Positions 40,488 to 50,762 of a stretch of DNA of 60,167 nt are shown here, one piece after another. Under the pieces are notes generated by a model, which was not told the origin of the DNA, did not search any database, and worked only from the letters and a program-made list of their open reading frames with translations. Position 1 is the stretch's first letter, and each line of letters starts with the position of its first letter. Position numbers and translations under genes: made by a program. The DNA is from a virus, in the IMG/VR virus record IMGVR_UViG_3300045227_000003. One strand, 5' to 3'.

Positions 40488-41303
40488 TTAGAAGATTGGA
40501 TTGCCGTCGAACGGAGAACGGTCAGGCATTGTAGGACAGCCGCCGTAATTGTCGAGGTTGTTAAAGATGGTATCACACGCGACTGTAGTGCGTGGACAGC
40601 CCGGGTACGTTTTCAGGATGTAGCCCCCGGCCAGACCGTCGACGGTGCCGAAGATCGTAATGGTGTCGCCAACGTGGGTTTCGATGCCGCGACGTTCGGT
40701 GCCGTACGCCGGGTCGATCCACTCAATGAAGCCGCCCGCGAAATACCCGTCTGGCCGAGTCTTGTATGCGTCAGACACAACGGTACCCGCACCAACGGTT
40801 TTGATGGTGGCGTCCAGTCGGAATGACTCTTTGTTAACGCGGCATTGGGAGTCGTACAGGGCGTGCGGGCAACCTCGGCTCCACGCAAGGCGCAGACCAT
40901 TCCTATCCATCGTGGCGGACAGTGTGGCGCATGTGACGGTTGATACGGAGGGACTGCCTTCGTTGATGCTGGTTACTTCGCCGACGTAGCAGACGACTGC
41001 ATCGTTATCGCCGAGGTGGAAGCGGCGCATGATAAGTGATACGGGGGAACCGGGGGGAGTCCCAATGAAGAGACCGACGACGGGGCAGGTGTTCGGCATA
41101 GTCAGATTTAGCGCATCCGTCTTGGCCTCGCCAGTCTGCTTGATCCCGTCGTCGGTCATCCCCATTGGTTCCCAAATGCTCCCCAGCATGGATACTTTAG
41201 CGTCTGCGGACGTATAACGCCAGTATTTATCTAGCAGGCGGAACTCATACAGATAGACCGGCCTGCCGTTGTCGTTCGATGTCTCGATAATGTTGTAAGT
41301 CAT
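40488..41303 (-). CDS. Minor tail protein, lambda gpL-like, 271 aa
   Basis: The N-terminal VYLYEF...YWRYTS...W.P pattern and the C-terminal Cys cluster (GCPHALYDSQC, GCPRTTVAC, GGCP) parallel gpL/BR0599-type tip proteins. Confidence 0.55.
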   Translation of the reverse strand: MTYNIIETSNDNGRPVYLYEFRLLDKYWRYTSADAKVSMLGSIWEPMGMTDDGIKQTGEAKTDALNLTMPNTCPVVGLFIGTPPGSPVSLIMRRFHLGDNDAVVCYVGEVTSINEGSPSVSTVTCATLSATMDRNGLRLAWSRGCPHALYDSQCRVNKESFRLDATIKTVGAGTVVSDAYKTRPDGYFAGGFIEWIDPAYGTERRGIETHVGDTITIFGTVDGLAGGYILKTYPGCPRTTVACDTIFNNLDNYGGCPTMPDRSPFDGNPIF

Positions 41304-41312
41304 GTCGCCCTC

Positions 41313-43001
41313 TTATGGTAATGGTACGGGCGTTGCAGCTCTCCTATCATCAAATGACTTGAAGGTTAGGGAAACTTGACTTACGCCCGCCGCATCAGTC
41401 AAACGTTTTATTTCGATGCCGTCAACATCTAATCGCGAAACTGGCATATATCCAATGCGCCGGACTTCGCTTCTCGGTGTCGCCGGGATGGACTGAGACA
41501 GGAATAACCACTCTTCATCCTGCACTGTTCGGCTAGAAATAATGGTAGTCGGGATCTTTGTGCCGTCATACAGCTCGACAAGAATATCGCGTTTTGTCTC
41601 CTGCTTGCCACCTACGAATTGTGTGTACCCGGAACGCCGCACTACCAAGGCACCGTCCGCCGGGTTGATATCGCGGGTCAGGATAAAGTCGTTGGTGTCG
41701 AGCGGCAGGTGGAACGTCTTGGTGCGACCTTGCAGCGCAAAGAGGATCTGGCGGAATTGGCGGTCGGCTGTCCGGCCATAAATCGTGTAAGACTTCTTCA
41801 CGCTGCCGATGTTCTGATCGCCCGGGTCGACGATGACCACCGGGCCGGTGTCGTTGTCATAGTTGAACGTGTAGCGGTCAGACGTGATGTCGTTGGCCGA
41901 ACCCCAGTCCTCCGGCAGCGCGAAGATATGCAGCCCGGTGCGCGCGTACGAAGGCAAGTCTGACCATGAGGCCGGGAGGTCGTACGGCTCGGTACAGTAA
42001 AAGCGCACCTGCGTACGGCTGACTGAATCGGTCATCTGCTCGCCGTTCATGGCCTCGCGGATCTGTGCAACTCGAACCGGGTACAGGCGCGTGCCCTTGG
42101 GCATGTCCTGCTGCAGCCCGAATTGCAGGGTCATGTGGCCGCCGTCGATATCCAGCCCGGCGATGATGTTCGTTTCGTAGTCCCACTTGAGATCCCGGCG
42201 GAACATCACCACGTCGCCAACGTTGAAATCCTTCACCCGGAATTGGCCGAAGATGTCAATGGAACCCGCCGGGGCCGCATTCTCGGTCGCCGTCATGTCG
42301 TGCCACAACGGCAGCAGCAGCGGCGCTTGGCCGACACCCGCGATAGTCGAGTCGAGCACCGTACGGTTTTCCTCCCAGCGCAGGAAGGTCGCCTCGAACG
42401 AACGACGGGGATGCAGGCGCACCGGGCGGCGTTGTTCCGCGCCAGACTCGGACATCATCACATCGGTAAGCCATTCGATCCGCTCGGTAACGCCGTCTTT
42501 CCAGTTGGGCAGCGGCAGGAACACCGGGTAGGTCAGGCGCACGTCATCCGAGTAGGGCGGGCGTGGCCCGAGCGCGGAGTCAGGGATCGGCACGATGTCA
42601 GCAATGTAATCGCTGGCCCGGGATACCTCGTACACCGCACCGTCGAGAAGCAGCTCAAAGGCGAAACTGGCCGGAGTCTCCGGCGGCACGTTTTGGTAGA
42701 TCGCGTCGAACCGGTAGACCCCGTTCTCGGTTACGGTGAAGGTGCCGTGGTTCGGGTTGGAGCCGATGGCCGCGTCGAACACGATATTGTGCTCCACGCT
42801 CAAAGAGCCGTAGTCATCCACGTAGGCGTTCACCACGTAGGTGCCCGCTTTCAGCTTAAACCACTTCGCCATGTAGTAGGTCTGGTTCCCGGCTGCTTGC
42901 GCGTAGGCATCCTGCACGAATAAATCATACGCCCCATGCAGGGCGTTGAAGTGATCCGGGATTAGGATTTCGCGGGCTGGCCTTAGTCCTGTCAATGCCA
43001 T
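41313..43001 (-). CDS. Distal tail protein, gpM position, with N-terminal extension, 562 aa
   Basis: Lies immediately after the tape measure. The segment WKDGVTERIEWLTDVMMSESGAEQRRPVRLHPRRSFE is typical of distal tail proteins of this module. Confidence 0.55.
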   Translation of the reverse strand: MALTGLRPAREILIPDHFNALHGAYDLFVQDAYAQAAGNQTYYMAKWFKLKAGTYVVNAYVDDYGSLSVEHNIVFDAAIGSNPNHGTFTVTENGVYRFDAIYQNVPPETPASFAFELLLDGAVYEVSRASDYIADIVPIPDSALGPRPPYSDDVRLTYPVFLPLPNWKDGVTERIEWLTDVMMSESGAEQRRPVRLHPRRSFEATFLRWEENRTVLDSTIAGVGQAPLLLPLWHDMTATENAAPAGSIDIFGQFRVKDFNVGDVVMFRRDLKWDYETNIIAGLDIDGGHMTLQFGLQQDMPKGTRLYPVRVAQIREAMNGEQMTDSVSRTQVRFYCTEPYDLPASWSDLPSYARTGLHIFALPEDWGSANDITSDRYTFNYDNDTGPVVIVDPGDQNIGSVKKSYTIYGRTADRQFRQILFALQGRTKTFHLPLDTNDFILTRDINPADGALVVRRSGYTQFVGGKQETKRDILVELYDGTKIPTTIISSRTVQDEEWLFLSQSIPATPRSEVRRIGYMPVSRLDVDGIEIKRLTDAAGVSQVSLTFKSFDDRRAATPVPLP

Positions 43002-43002
43002 G

Positions 43003-46000
43003 TTATTTGCTCACCAAGTTTTTTAAGGTCGGGACGTTACGTTTCAAAATCTGCATGATCGCCACCTCGCCTTCCGGGGTATTCATCGCTTCCGGTACCT
43101 TGGAGCGGTCATCCACCAGCACGAACCTCAAGCCTTGCGGAGTCTGTGAGGACTGGCCGCCGCCCGTTTGGTTCAGGACGTTGTTTGGATCATTTTTCGA
43201 TAATACCTGCTCGCCTTTTTGAAGGATAGCCGGAACCTCGTCAGATTTCAGGCCCGGGAGACCGCCTGAGTGGAACCGTGGCGCGCCGTTGAACAGTGCC
43301 GGGGATACGCCGCCTTTCGTCTGCATACCGCCGGTAGTCTTGCTGCCGACTACACCACCGTTGTGTTTGGCCGCCACCCCGCCGAGCGCTACTGCTGCCC
43401 CACCGATACCGCCGCCCATTGAGGCCAACGCGTTCAGCGCCATCTGTTGCAGGATCGCCATCGCAATCTTCTGCAGGAAGTCCGCGAAGAACCGGGCGAT
43501 GGTCACGCCGAGGTTCGAGAACGCGTCACCAATGCTCTGCGACCCGGCCACGACCTGCGCCATTTCGCTGACCACTGAACTAAGCGCCGTGCTCATGCCA
43601 TCCAGTACGCCTTGAACGACGGTTGTGTCCATCGTAGTGAACGTACCGGTCAGGTCAGTAAGCCCGGCCTTGACGGTGGCGATTTGGGCCATGATGCGCG
43701 AGAACTCTTCCGGCGACATCGTTTCTTTGATTTTCTGAGCGAAGGCGTCGAGCTGATCGGCAGACGATGCGATGCCCGCGTTCATGTTCTGATACAGCGC
43801 CACGGTCTGAGCGACCGCCTCGTCTTCCGAGATAATCCCGGCCTGACGCTTGGCGTTGATTTCGTCCAGCAGGTTCTTCTTGGTTTCCTGTTGTGCGTTG
43901 AGCTGGTCTTCAATGCGTTTCAGTTCTTCCAGTTTGGCCTGCGTGGTGGAGTATTCGATGTTGCGCTGGCGCAGCACTTCGAGGTCAGCCGCGACTTGCT
44001 TACCGCCAGCCCCACCGATTTTATTGGCCTTCGCGATCAGCTGATCGTACTGACCATTCACCGCTGCCAGTTTAGCGGCCAGACGGTCGTCGAACGTGGC
44101 GTTCGGGTCTTGCTTGGCCTCTTTGATGCCGACGGCGGCGTTCAGCTCGTTGTACTTGTTGATTAACGCCTGCAGTGCGTTCTCTTGGGTCTTCGTACCT
44201 TTGGTCGTACGTTGCTGCGCGTTAAACAGGGTGGTCTCTGCCTTCTTGCGCGCCGCTACAACGGCATCTAGGCGTTTAGTGATAGCTGCCCCTTCCTCAC
44301 CGCCGATCCCCTTAGCGCGGGCGTACTGAGGCGCGAATTCCTCGTCTACCAACTTGAGTCGGCCCGGCAGGTTCTTGCGTTCCTCGGCCTTGCGTGCTGC
44401 GACGTCTGCTTTCTTGGCAGCGTCTTCCATCTTCGCCAGCTCTTTAGTAAGCCCGGCAATTTCACGCGCACGTTTGGTTACGCCGGTATTCGGGTCAGCG
44501 GTGAACTCAAACGCGTTTGCCCCGGATGCGGCCTTGACGTCGGCCATTAGCTGCGCCACACGCTCACGGATGATCTTCGTGGAGTCGGCGTTCTTCGCGA
44601 CCATATCGTCGTTCAGCTTCACCCACTGCTTGTTGACGTCATCCCAGATCTGCCCGGTAGATTCCAGCAGGTTGCGGTGTTCTTTGGTCAGGTCATCCGA
44701 GATAGACAGCGCCCACTCTGACAGCCCTTGGCCGACGCCCGGGATCATTTTCAGCAGGTCGGCAATCCACCCCATGATGGTCTTCGTGGCACCCGCGAAC
44801 AGCGTGGTGATCGGGCGCAGGATACTGATAGCCAAGTCGTAGAAGATTGTCGGGATAGATTTGGCGATGGCGGCCAACTGGTTGCCAAGGTTCTTGAAGT
44901 CGCGCACCACCGCGTTCACACCTTCGCGGAACGTCTGGGATTGCTCGTAGAAGATGGCACCGATGTCGTACGCCAGCAGCGCCCAACCGACAAACGGGAT
45001 GGCCCGGGTAAGCCCTTTCAGGACTACACCTAACGCCCCGGCAGCGCCACCAGCGGCTACCAGTCGAGCGGCCCAACCTTCCAGTACGGTGATGATGCCT
45101 TGACCTACGCGGGCCAGACCGTTGACCAGCGGGATTAGTTTCGCGATGTTCTGCGCCAGCCCGACCACGAAGGTCACGGCTTTCAGCCCGGCGAAGATCC
45201 CGAGCACCGTGATAAGGCCGTCAATGTTCTCCGTCACCCACACCACGGCATCCGCGACTTTCGAGAAGGCGTTGCCAAGTTTAACGGCGGCTTCTCTGCC
45301 GTCCGGGCTGCTTAGGAAGTCGGTGATCTTTTGCAGCATACGCACGTACGCGTCGATAAACCCGGAGTCGGCTAGGGCCAAGCGGAACATCGTCATGGCG
45401 TTGGCTGCGCGGGCTTCCATCGCATCCACACCTTTCGATGCGGTAGCGATCTGCGCGTCAACTGCAGCGGCCTGTTCGCGGGCGAAGTTGATAACCGCCT
45501 CGCCGGAGATCTCCCCGTTTTCCAGCGCCTTCGTCAACTGCAAGGTTGTCATGTCCATGCCTTTAGCGAACAGCGCAAACGCCGCCGGGAGTCGTTCACC
45601 CAACTGGCCGCGCAGTTCTTCGGCGTAGACCTGACCTTTCGACAACATCTGCTCAAGCGCGCGGAACACGCCTTGCATGTCATCTTGGGATAGGTGGAAT
45701 ACACGACCGGCCTTCGCTACCGACTCGAAGATATACTTCGTGTCCTGTAGGGACAGGCCCACCGATTTAGCGGAAATCGCGAATTTGGTGTACGACTGTG
45801 ACAAGGTGGCGAGGTCGATACCGAGCTTATTGGAAAGCCCAATCATGTACTCCCACTCTTTGTTCACCGCCGCTTGGCTGTTGCCCACCACGTTCGAGAT
45901 CTTAATCATCGCCTGTTGGCGCATCTTGTACGCTTCGATGGATCCCGTCGCCAGTTTAATCGCGCCTTGGAAGCCGACGTAACTGGTTGCCAGCGCCAAC

Positions 46001-47301
46001 ACTTCACCTTTCAATCGCTGAACGGCTGACAGGGTAGTACGGCCATTGTCTTCGAAGAAGGAGAACGCTTTCGCCCCATCGCGTGCTGCGCCTGCGTTGT
46101 TTCGCAGCGCCCCGGTCAGGTCGTTGATAGCGGTGGTGGATGCACGGCTTGACCGAACCAGACGGTCTTCGGCGTCGGAAAGGTTACGCGTGTCTACCCC
46201 GGCGTTGCGAAGTGCGGCTTGGGTTGAACGGGCGGAACTACCGGTGGTTCTTAGGGCGGCGGAGGCTGCTGCGAGGCGCTGTTGAGCGGCCTGCATCTGA
46301 ATACCAAGGGCACCAGTGTCGGTCGTCGCTGTTCGCATCTGCTGCGCGAGATTCATCACATTCTGGCGGGCCGCTTGGTATTCAGTGCGGGCACTGCGCA
46401 ATACTGACACCTGTTGGCGGTACATGTCAATCTGTTGTGCAATAGCCGCGATTGACTTGTTGGCATCGTTCAACATGCGGATCTTCTGAGCCGCGTTCTC
46501 GACCTGCTTGCCATTCCGGGCAAGGTCAGTCGTCACCGTATTAATCTGGTTTTGCAGCCCGCGCAGGGTTGAGCGAGCGGCTTCTGCCGGGTTGACGATT
46601 GACTGGATTTGGCGGCCAAGCGGGCCGAGCTGACCGGTAGCCTGTTGCACCACTCGGCCTAAAGTCTGGTAGCCCCGGGCAGACGCGACGGCCTGATCTG
46701 CCTGCTGGCGGAGACCACGGATAATCTTGGCTTGGGCTGCAGCGGCGGCAGACGTCGAGATAATGGCGTCCTGACGTTCCAGTACCTTGTTGACCTGAGA
46801 TACGCTGTTGATGATGCTCGACTGAGCCTGACCAAGTTTTGAGGTCTCGATCCCGTAGCGTTGCAGCTCGGCGGTAGTCCGGGCCACGCGGGCCGCTTGG
46901 TTGGCCTCGGCTTTCGCGGCGGCCTCGACCTGACGGTTTACCCGGGCCAGTGCGTTTTCCTGCCGCTGCGTTACCTTGGCCGTGTTGTCGTAGGCTTGCT
47001 GCAGTTGCGCCTGTTTGGCGCGCAGGGCTTCGGTCTTGGCCGCTGCCTCCGTCATCTGCTGATTCTGGCGCTTGAACACCTCGATCAGCGAGTTGAGTTT
47101 CAGCAGTTGTTGTCCGGCCTGTTCGAGTTTCTTATAGGAGGCTTCCAGATCCCGAGTCGAGACTTCTCCGCGCTCGGCTGCCTTGCGCTGTTCTTCCTGT
47201 GCCCGGGCCATATGGTTGATGGCCGTGGTTACGGATTTGAGCGGCTTCTGGCTATAGTCCCTAGCCCGGATTCTTAGCTCGACGTCTTTGCTGTTAGCCA
47301 T
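43003..47301 (-). CDS. Tape measure protein, 1432 aa
   Basis: Long alpha-helical A/Q/L-rich sequence with hydrophobic central segments, lying after the G/GT chaperones. Confidence 0.9.
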   Translation of the reverse strand: MANSKDVELRIRARDYSQKPLKSVTTAINHMARAQEEQRKAAERGEVSTRDLEASYKKLEQAGQQLLKLNSLIEVFKRQNQQMTEAAAKTEALRAKQAQLQQAYDNTAKVTQRQENALARVNRQVEAAAKAEANQAARVARTTAELQRYGIETSKLGQAQSSIINSVSQVNKVLERQDAIISTSAAAAAQAKIIRGLRQQADQAVASARGYQTLGRVVQQATGQLGPLGRQIQSIVNPAEAARSTLRGLQNQINTVTTDLARNGKQVENAAQKIRMLNDANKSIAAIAQQIDMYRQQVSVLRSARTEYQAARQNVMNLAQQMRTATTDTGALGIQMQAAQQRLAAASAALRTTGSSARSTQAALRNAGVDTRNLSDAEDRLVRSSRASTTAINDLTGALRNNAGAARDGAKAFSFFEDNGRTTLSAVQRLKGEVLALATSYVGFQGAIKLATGSIEAYKMRQQAMIKISNVVGNSQAAVNKEWEYMIGLSNKLGIDLATLSQSYTKFAISAKSVGLSLQDTKYIFESVAKAGRVFHLSQDDMQGVFRALEQMLSKGQVYAEELRGQLGERLPAAFALFAKGMDMTTLQLTKALENGEISGEAVINFAREQAAAVDAQIATASKGVDAMEARAANAMTMFRLALADSGFIDAYVRMLQKITDFLSSPDGREAAVKLGNAFSKVADAVVWVTENIDGLITVLGIFAGLKAVTFVVGLAQNIAKLIPLVNGLARVGQGIITVLEGWAARLVAAGGAAGALGVVLKGLTRAIPFVGWALLAYDIGAIFYEQSQTFREGVNAVVRDFKNLGNQLAAIAKSIPTIFYDLAISILRPITTLFAGATKTIMGWIADLLKMIPGVGQGLSEWALSISDDLTKEHRNLLESTGQIWDDVNKQWVKLNDDMVAKNADSTKIIRERVAQLMADVKAASGANAFEFTADPNTGVTKRAREIAGLTKELAKMEDAAKKADVAARKAEERKNLPGRLKLVDEEFAPQYARAKGIGGEEGAAITKRLDAVVAARKKAETTLFNAQQRTTKGTKTQENALQALINKYNELNAAVGIKEAKQDPNATFDDRLAAKLAAVNGQYDQLIAKANKIGGAGGKQVAADLEVLRQRNIEYSTTQAKLEELKRIEDQLNAQQETKKNLLDEINAKRQAGIISEDEAVAQTVALYQNMNAGIASSADQLDAFAQKIKETMSPEEFSRIMAQIATVKAGLTDLTGTFTTMDTTVVQGVLDGMSTALSSVVSEMAQVVAGSQSIGDAFSNLGVTIARFFADFLQKIAMAILQQMALNALASMGGGIGGAAVALGGVAAKHNGGVVGSKTTGGMQTKGGVSPALFNGAPRFHSGGLPGLKSDEVPAILQKGEQVLSKNDPNNVLNQTGGGQSSQTPQGLRFVLVDDRSKVPEAMNTPEGEVAIMQILKRNVPTLKNLVSK

Positions 47302-47626
47302 CGGATAACCTCTTAATCATTTTCTTATATTCAGGCCCGCCCTTCTTCGGATTCAAGATCCCAGCGATACACGTTTGCATCAGTAGTGATTGTGTGACGT
47401 GTTCCGCATTGATACGGCGACGGGCAATCTTGGTTTCTGTCCACAAATAACCTAGCGGGTAATGCCGGGCAGCGGGGTGGCCCTCCGTCATCAGGAGGGA
47501 CACCGTGGCGCGTAGGTTGTTATGGAAGTCTAGAACTATTTCGCGTTTTGACCGAACGTCAGGCTGTTCGGGCCTTCTTTCTTGAGCCGCCCCACCTGCT
47601 CCATCACCTGAGCGAAGATCTTTTTT
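47294..47626 (-). CDS. T extension of the tail assembly chaperone, reached by -1 frameshift
   Basis: The -1 frame is open from 47632 down to the stop at 47294. The slippery heptamer A_AAA_AAG (reverse complement of 47620..47626) is in the correct zero-frame register, GTA AAA AAG. Confidence 0.75.
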   Translation of the reverse strand, partial: KKDLRSGDGAGGAAQERRPEQPDVRSKREIVLDFHNNLRATVSLLMTEGHPAARHYPLGYLWTETKIARRRINAEHVTQSLLMQTCIAGILNPKKGGPEYKKMIKRLSDG

Positions 47627-48000
47627 ACTTCTTCAACGTCCGAGAAGGTCAGCCGGGCAATCTTCTGCAGCGCGTCATACTGAGTGAGCACCGGCAGCAT
47701 GGCTACCTTTTCGAGCTGTTCTTCTTCGTCGGCGGCCAACGCGATGATGTGCGAGACAATGCCCGGGGCATCACTGACCAAGCGAACGGCGAAGCGCCCG
47801 GCAGCCAAGGCTGACAGGTCTTGCCCGGCAGAAGTCTCGTACAGATCAAACAGGCCATCCAGATCACTGTAGTGAACCCGGACGATTTTAGAAATGTCGT
47901 GGAAGGACAGGCCGCGTACTTGGAATGAGCTGTCATCCCTGCCGCGTGTGCCTTTGATAATTACTTGTTCGTAGTCTGGTTCGAAGTTTGCTAATGACAT
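47536..48000 (-). CDS. Tail assembly chaperone, gpG analogue, 154 aa
   Basis: Lies between the major tail protein and the tape measure, and contains the slippery site near its 3' end. Confidence 0.8.
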   Translation of the reverse strand: MSLANFEPDYEQVIIKGTRGRDDSSFQVRGLSFHDISKIVRVHYSDLDGLFDLYETSAGQDLSALAAGRFAVRLVSDAPGIVSHIIALAADEEEQLEKVAMLPVLTQYDALQKIARLTFSDVEEVKKIFAQVMEQVGRLKKEGPNSLTFGQNAK

Positions 48001-48057
48001 TTGACGGATCTCCTTTGCGCTAATCCGTCGTTAATGTAGCACAGCTTTCAGCGGGGG

Positions 48058-48085
48058 ATAAAAGAAAAGCGCCCGGAGGCGCTTT
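48058..48085 (-). terminator. Intrinsic terminator after the major tail gene
   Basis: Minus-strand reading is aaagcgcc-tccg-ggcgcttt followed by tcttttatc. Confidence 0.75.
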
Positions 48086-48106
48086 CCTGTACTGCTTGAC
48101 CATCCC

Positions 48107-49246
48107 TTATTCAGAAATGGTGATAGTCCCGGTGGTCGCGGACTTGCCGCCTGCCAGCGTGGCCGTGACAGTCACGGTACCGGCAGTGGTACGTTTCACC
48201 AGCGTTTGCGCGGTGCCGGTTGACCCGGTGGTGGCGCTCGTTGGGGTAACGGTACCGCCGGAAGATGCGGTGAAGTTAACTGCATCGCCTTGCACCACGT
48301 CGCCATTGCCGTCACGTACGGTGGCCGTCACCTGCACCCCCGCCGCTACCGTACCGGTGGATGACGCCGGGCTGATAGTGATAGAGCGCTGCGTGGTCGG
48401 GTCAACCGTCTTGGCCGCGTCCAGAATGTCGATGTACACGCGCTTGGTGATGTTGTTGAGCTGCATCGCCTTGAACGTGAACGACATCACCTGCCAGTCG
48501 TCGCCTTTCAGCGCGTAGTCACCATCTGGTGCCACGGAGACTTTAGGGAAGTAGTAGTTCTTGTTGGTGCCGACCGGGTTGTCCGAGATCATGCGCAGTG
48601 CGCCGTAGACCATGTTGGAGTTGCCGATCACCAGCGTACGTTTCTGCGCACCGACGTCGTACTGCACGGCGATCTGCACGTTGCCGGACAGGTCAGTCGA
48701 ATCCGGCTCGATGTAGATGCGGCCCGCTTCCAGATCGATTTCATAGTTACCGGCTGGGTTAACTACGGTAGCCCCGACAATCGAGGTGATGTCCCCAGCA
48801 CCCAAAGAGATCGCCACGGAAGCGTCAGCCTTGACCATCTGGAAGTTATCAACGGAGCGCACGCCAGTCGGGTTGTCATCGCTGGTGCCGAGCTGATAGA
48901 AGCGACCACGCATAATCGGGTTGAACACTTCTTTCGCATCGGTCTGCTGGGTCTGAGTGGTGGTAGCCACGTCGCCCAAGAACCACAACGCCAAGTTATC
49001 GGAGTTGATGTTATCGCAGGTGAAGGTACCACCTTGTGACGCTTCCAGCAGGACAGACGCATCCATCACGCGCATACCGTGATCGGAAGAGTAGTGATCC
49101 AGCGTTTCAGAGTCGGTGTTGATAGTGAACTCCGGGGTGTTCCCAAAGTACATTTCACCGGTCTTACGGTTGGTACCGTCTTGGAAGCGGTCGAAATACA
49201 CCGTCCCACGGCCAACGACGTAGTTGTTTGAGTAGTTGTCGTTCAT
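48107..49246 (-). CDS. Major tail protein with C-terminal bacterial Ig-like domain
   Basis: 379 aa at the lambda V position. The C-terminal VQVTATVRDGNGDVVQGDAVNFTASSGGTVTP...TVTVTATLAGG is a Big_1/invasin-type Ig repeat. Confidence 0.8.
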   Translation of the reverse strand: MNDNYSNNYVVGRGTVYFDRFQDGTNRKTGEMYFGNTPEFTINTDSETLDHYSSDHGMRVMDASVLLEASQGGTFTCDNINSDNLALWFLGDVATTTQTQQTDAKEVFNPIMRGRFYQLGTSDDNPTGVRSVDNFQMVKADASVAISLGAGDITSIVGATVVNPAGNYEIDLEAGRIYIEPDSTDLSGNVQIAVQYDVGAQKRTLVIGNSNMVYGALRMISDNPVGTNKNYYFPKVSVAPDGDYALKGDDWQVMSFTFKAMQLNNITKRVYIDILDAAKTVDPTTQRSITISPASSTGTVAAGVQVTATVRDGNGDVVQGDAVNFTASSGGTVTPTSATTGSTGTAQTLVKRTTAGTVTVTATLAGGKSATTGTITISE

Positions 49247-49271
49247 GTATGTGTCTCTCCTGTTGAGGACG

Positions 49272-49772
49272 TTAAGGGTTCCGCAAATCTACTTTCAAGC
49301 CTACCCGAAGCGGGAGGAAGAAAAACGCCGTGTCCGATAGCCCTTCTTCGGGAGGCCGAACAACCGGCTGCGCGACTGTCAGTTTAGCAATAAGACCGCC
49401 GAGGCGATAGACCCCCGGGAAAACAGGGACGCCTTTCTCGTTATCGACAATCATGGACAATCGTCTTTCCACGTCCGCCAGCAGTAGGTAAGCCGGGTCA
49501 GTGGGGTTTCTCGGGTCATCCTTGGCCCAACCTTGTACGAGCAAGACCCAATCGTCCTGACGCACCATTTGTTCTTCATCTGCGAAGTTACCGTAGTCCG
49601 TGGCCTTAGCCTCAAGGACAGACAGGATCGGCATCTTGGAGAGGAAGTCCGCACCGAAGCGATCCCGGCCACGGTACACTTTTCCTTTCAGGTCGTGGTG
49701 ATACCCATTGGCGACGTTAATGCCCTCAAGGTGTTCTGTCAATTTTTTAAGTATGGTCAAGCGTTGACTCAT
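49272..49772 (-). CDS. Tail terminator, lambda gpU position, 166 aa
   Basis: Assigned by synteny only. Confidence 0.5.
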   Translation of the reverse strand: MSQRLTILKKLTEHLEGINVANGYHHDLKGKVYRGRDRFGADFLSKMPILSVLEAKATDYGNFADEEQMVRQDDWVLLVQGWAKDDPRNPTDPAYLLLADVERRLSMIVDNEKGVPVFPGVYRLGGLIAKLTVAQPVVRPPEEGLSDTAFFFLPLRVGLKVDLRNP

Positions 49773-50395
49773 TTCGAAAGCCTCGCGAAATTACGGTGGA
49801 ATTCAGCCGCTACCAAGTCACCAATCGTCGGGGCCACCTTGTCCGCGACCTCGGCGAACACCTGATCTACGGACGGGCCGTACAGCAGCGCCACGCGTCC
49901 CGGCACCAGCCAAGACTTATGCTGTGTCCGTTTGTTCGCCAGTGCTTCCCCGGCAGACAGACGAACGGCCAGCCCGAGGTTGTAGTGGTCTTCTGAAAAG
50001 CTGGCCCCTTTGTTCAGTTTGACGAGGAACGCATTTTTCAGGTAGGTGGTCTTGCCCTTCTGCACGCGAACCTGTACGCCGCCGCTTTTCTTGCTGTTAG
50101 CGACGACGGCCCCACCGGTAACGAAACGGGCGAGGCTGGTGGCGCGTTTACGCCCGGTGATGGTTGCTTCGAGGTTGGTCTGCGTGGCGCGCTTAGTCAG
50201 CTTTAGGCGGTCGCCGTTGAGGTACCCGGAGGGAAAGGCCACCTCGTCCAGCATTGACTTCTTGATAAGGGTCATGCCCTTGCCGGAGGCCGTGCTATTA
50301 ATCGCCATGCGGATCGATTGGTTGGCAATGGACGGCACGCGATTGATGTACTCTTCCAGCTCGGTGCCGCCGATAGAAATGATATTTACAGGCAT
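49769..50395 (-). CDS. Tail completion protein, lambda gpZ position / HK97 gp10-like, 208 aa
   Basis: Assigned by synteny and size. Confidence 0.5.
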   Translation of the reverse strand: MPVNIISIGGTELEEYINRVPSIANQSIRMAINSTASGKGMTLIKKSMLDEVAFPSGYLNGDRLKLTKRATQTNLEATITGRKRATSLARFVTGGAVVANSKKSGGVQVRVQKGKTTYLKNAFLVKLNKGASFSEDHYNLGLAVRLSAGEALANKRTQHKSWLVPGRVALLYGPSVDQVFAEVADKVAPTIGDLVAAEFHRNFARLSK

Positions 50396-50396
50396 G

Positions 50397-50759
50397 TTAT
50401 GCCCTCGCTACCTGCCAAACAACTTCGGTTGGGCCGACAATCGGCTCCTGAGTTTTTAGGGTCAGTCGGGCGTTGTCGAAGCCTTCGGCGGTGATGACAA
50501 TCGTGTCGCCCTCGTCCAGCGGCACGCCCAATTCTACTAGTTCAGCTCGTAGGAAAATGATGCGCTCGATGCCCTCTACAACACTGGCATAGCCGCCATT
50601 CTCTAAGTCACCGAGGATCGCAATCTTGTTGTGCCAACGTACGGATAGGCCGTCGATAATGACATCCTGCGCATAACTCTCATAGCGGGCAGAAACGGAA
50701 AGGGACGCGTGAACGTCCCCCCGCATCTTCGCTTTAACTGCCGCGAAGTTAGAAGCCAT
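50397..50759 (-). CDS. Head-tail joining protein, lambda gpFII position, 120 aa
   Basis: Assigned by synteny and size. Confidence 0.5.
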   Translation of the reverse strand: MASNFAAVKAKMRGDVHASLSVSARYESYAQDVIIDGLSVRWHNKIAILGDLENGGYASVVEGIERIIFLRAELVELGVPLDEGDTIVITAEGFDNARLTLKTQEPIVGPTEVVWQVARA

Positions 50760-50762
50760 TAC

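Noticed and set aside
40247-40576. Long (109-aa) form of the gpI-position ORF
   Set aside because: It overlaps the upstream gene by 89 nt. An internal ATG at 40477 with a perfect AGGAG SD, immediately after the upstream stop, is far more plausible.
43289-47277. Many plus-strand ORFs inside the tape measure gene (for example 43612..44166, 44354..44842, 45122..45628)
   Set aside because: They are antisense to a 1432-aa gene with strong codon periodicity. The same applies to the antisense ORFs listed inside PolA, primase, portal, TerL, the capsid gene, the J-like gene and the fibre genes.
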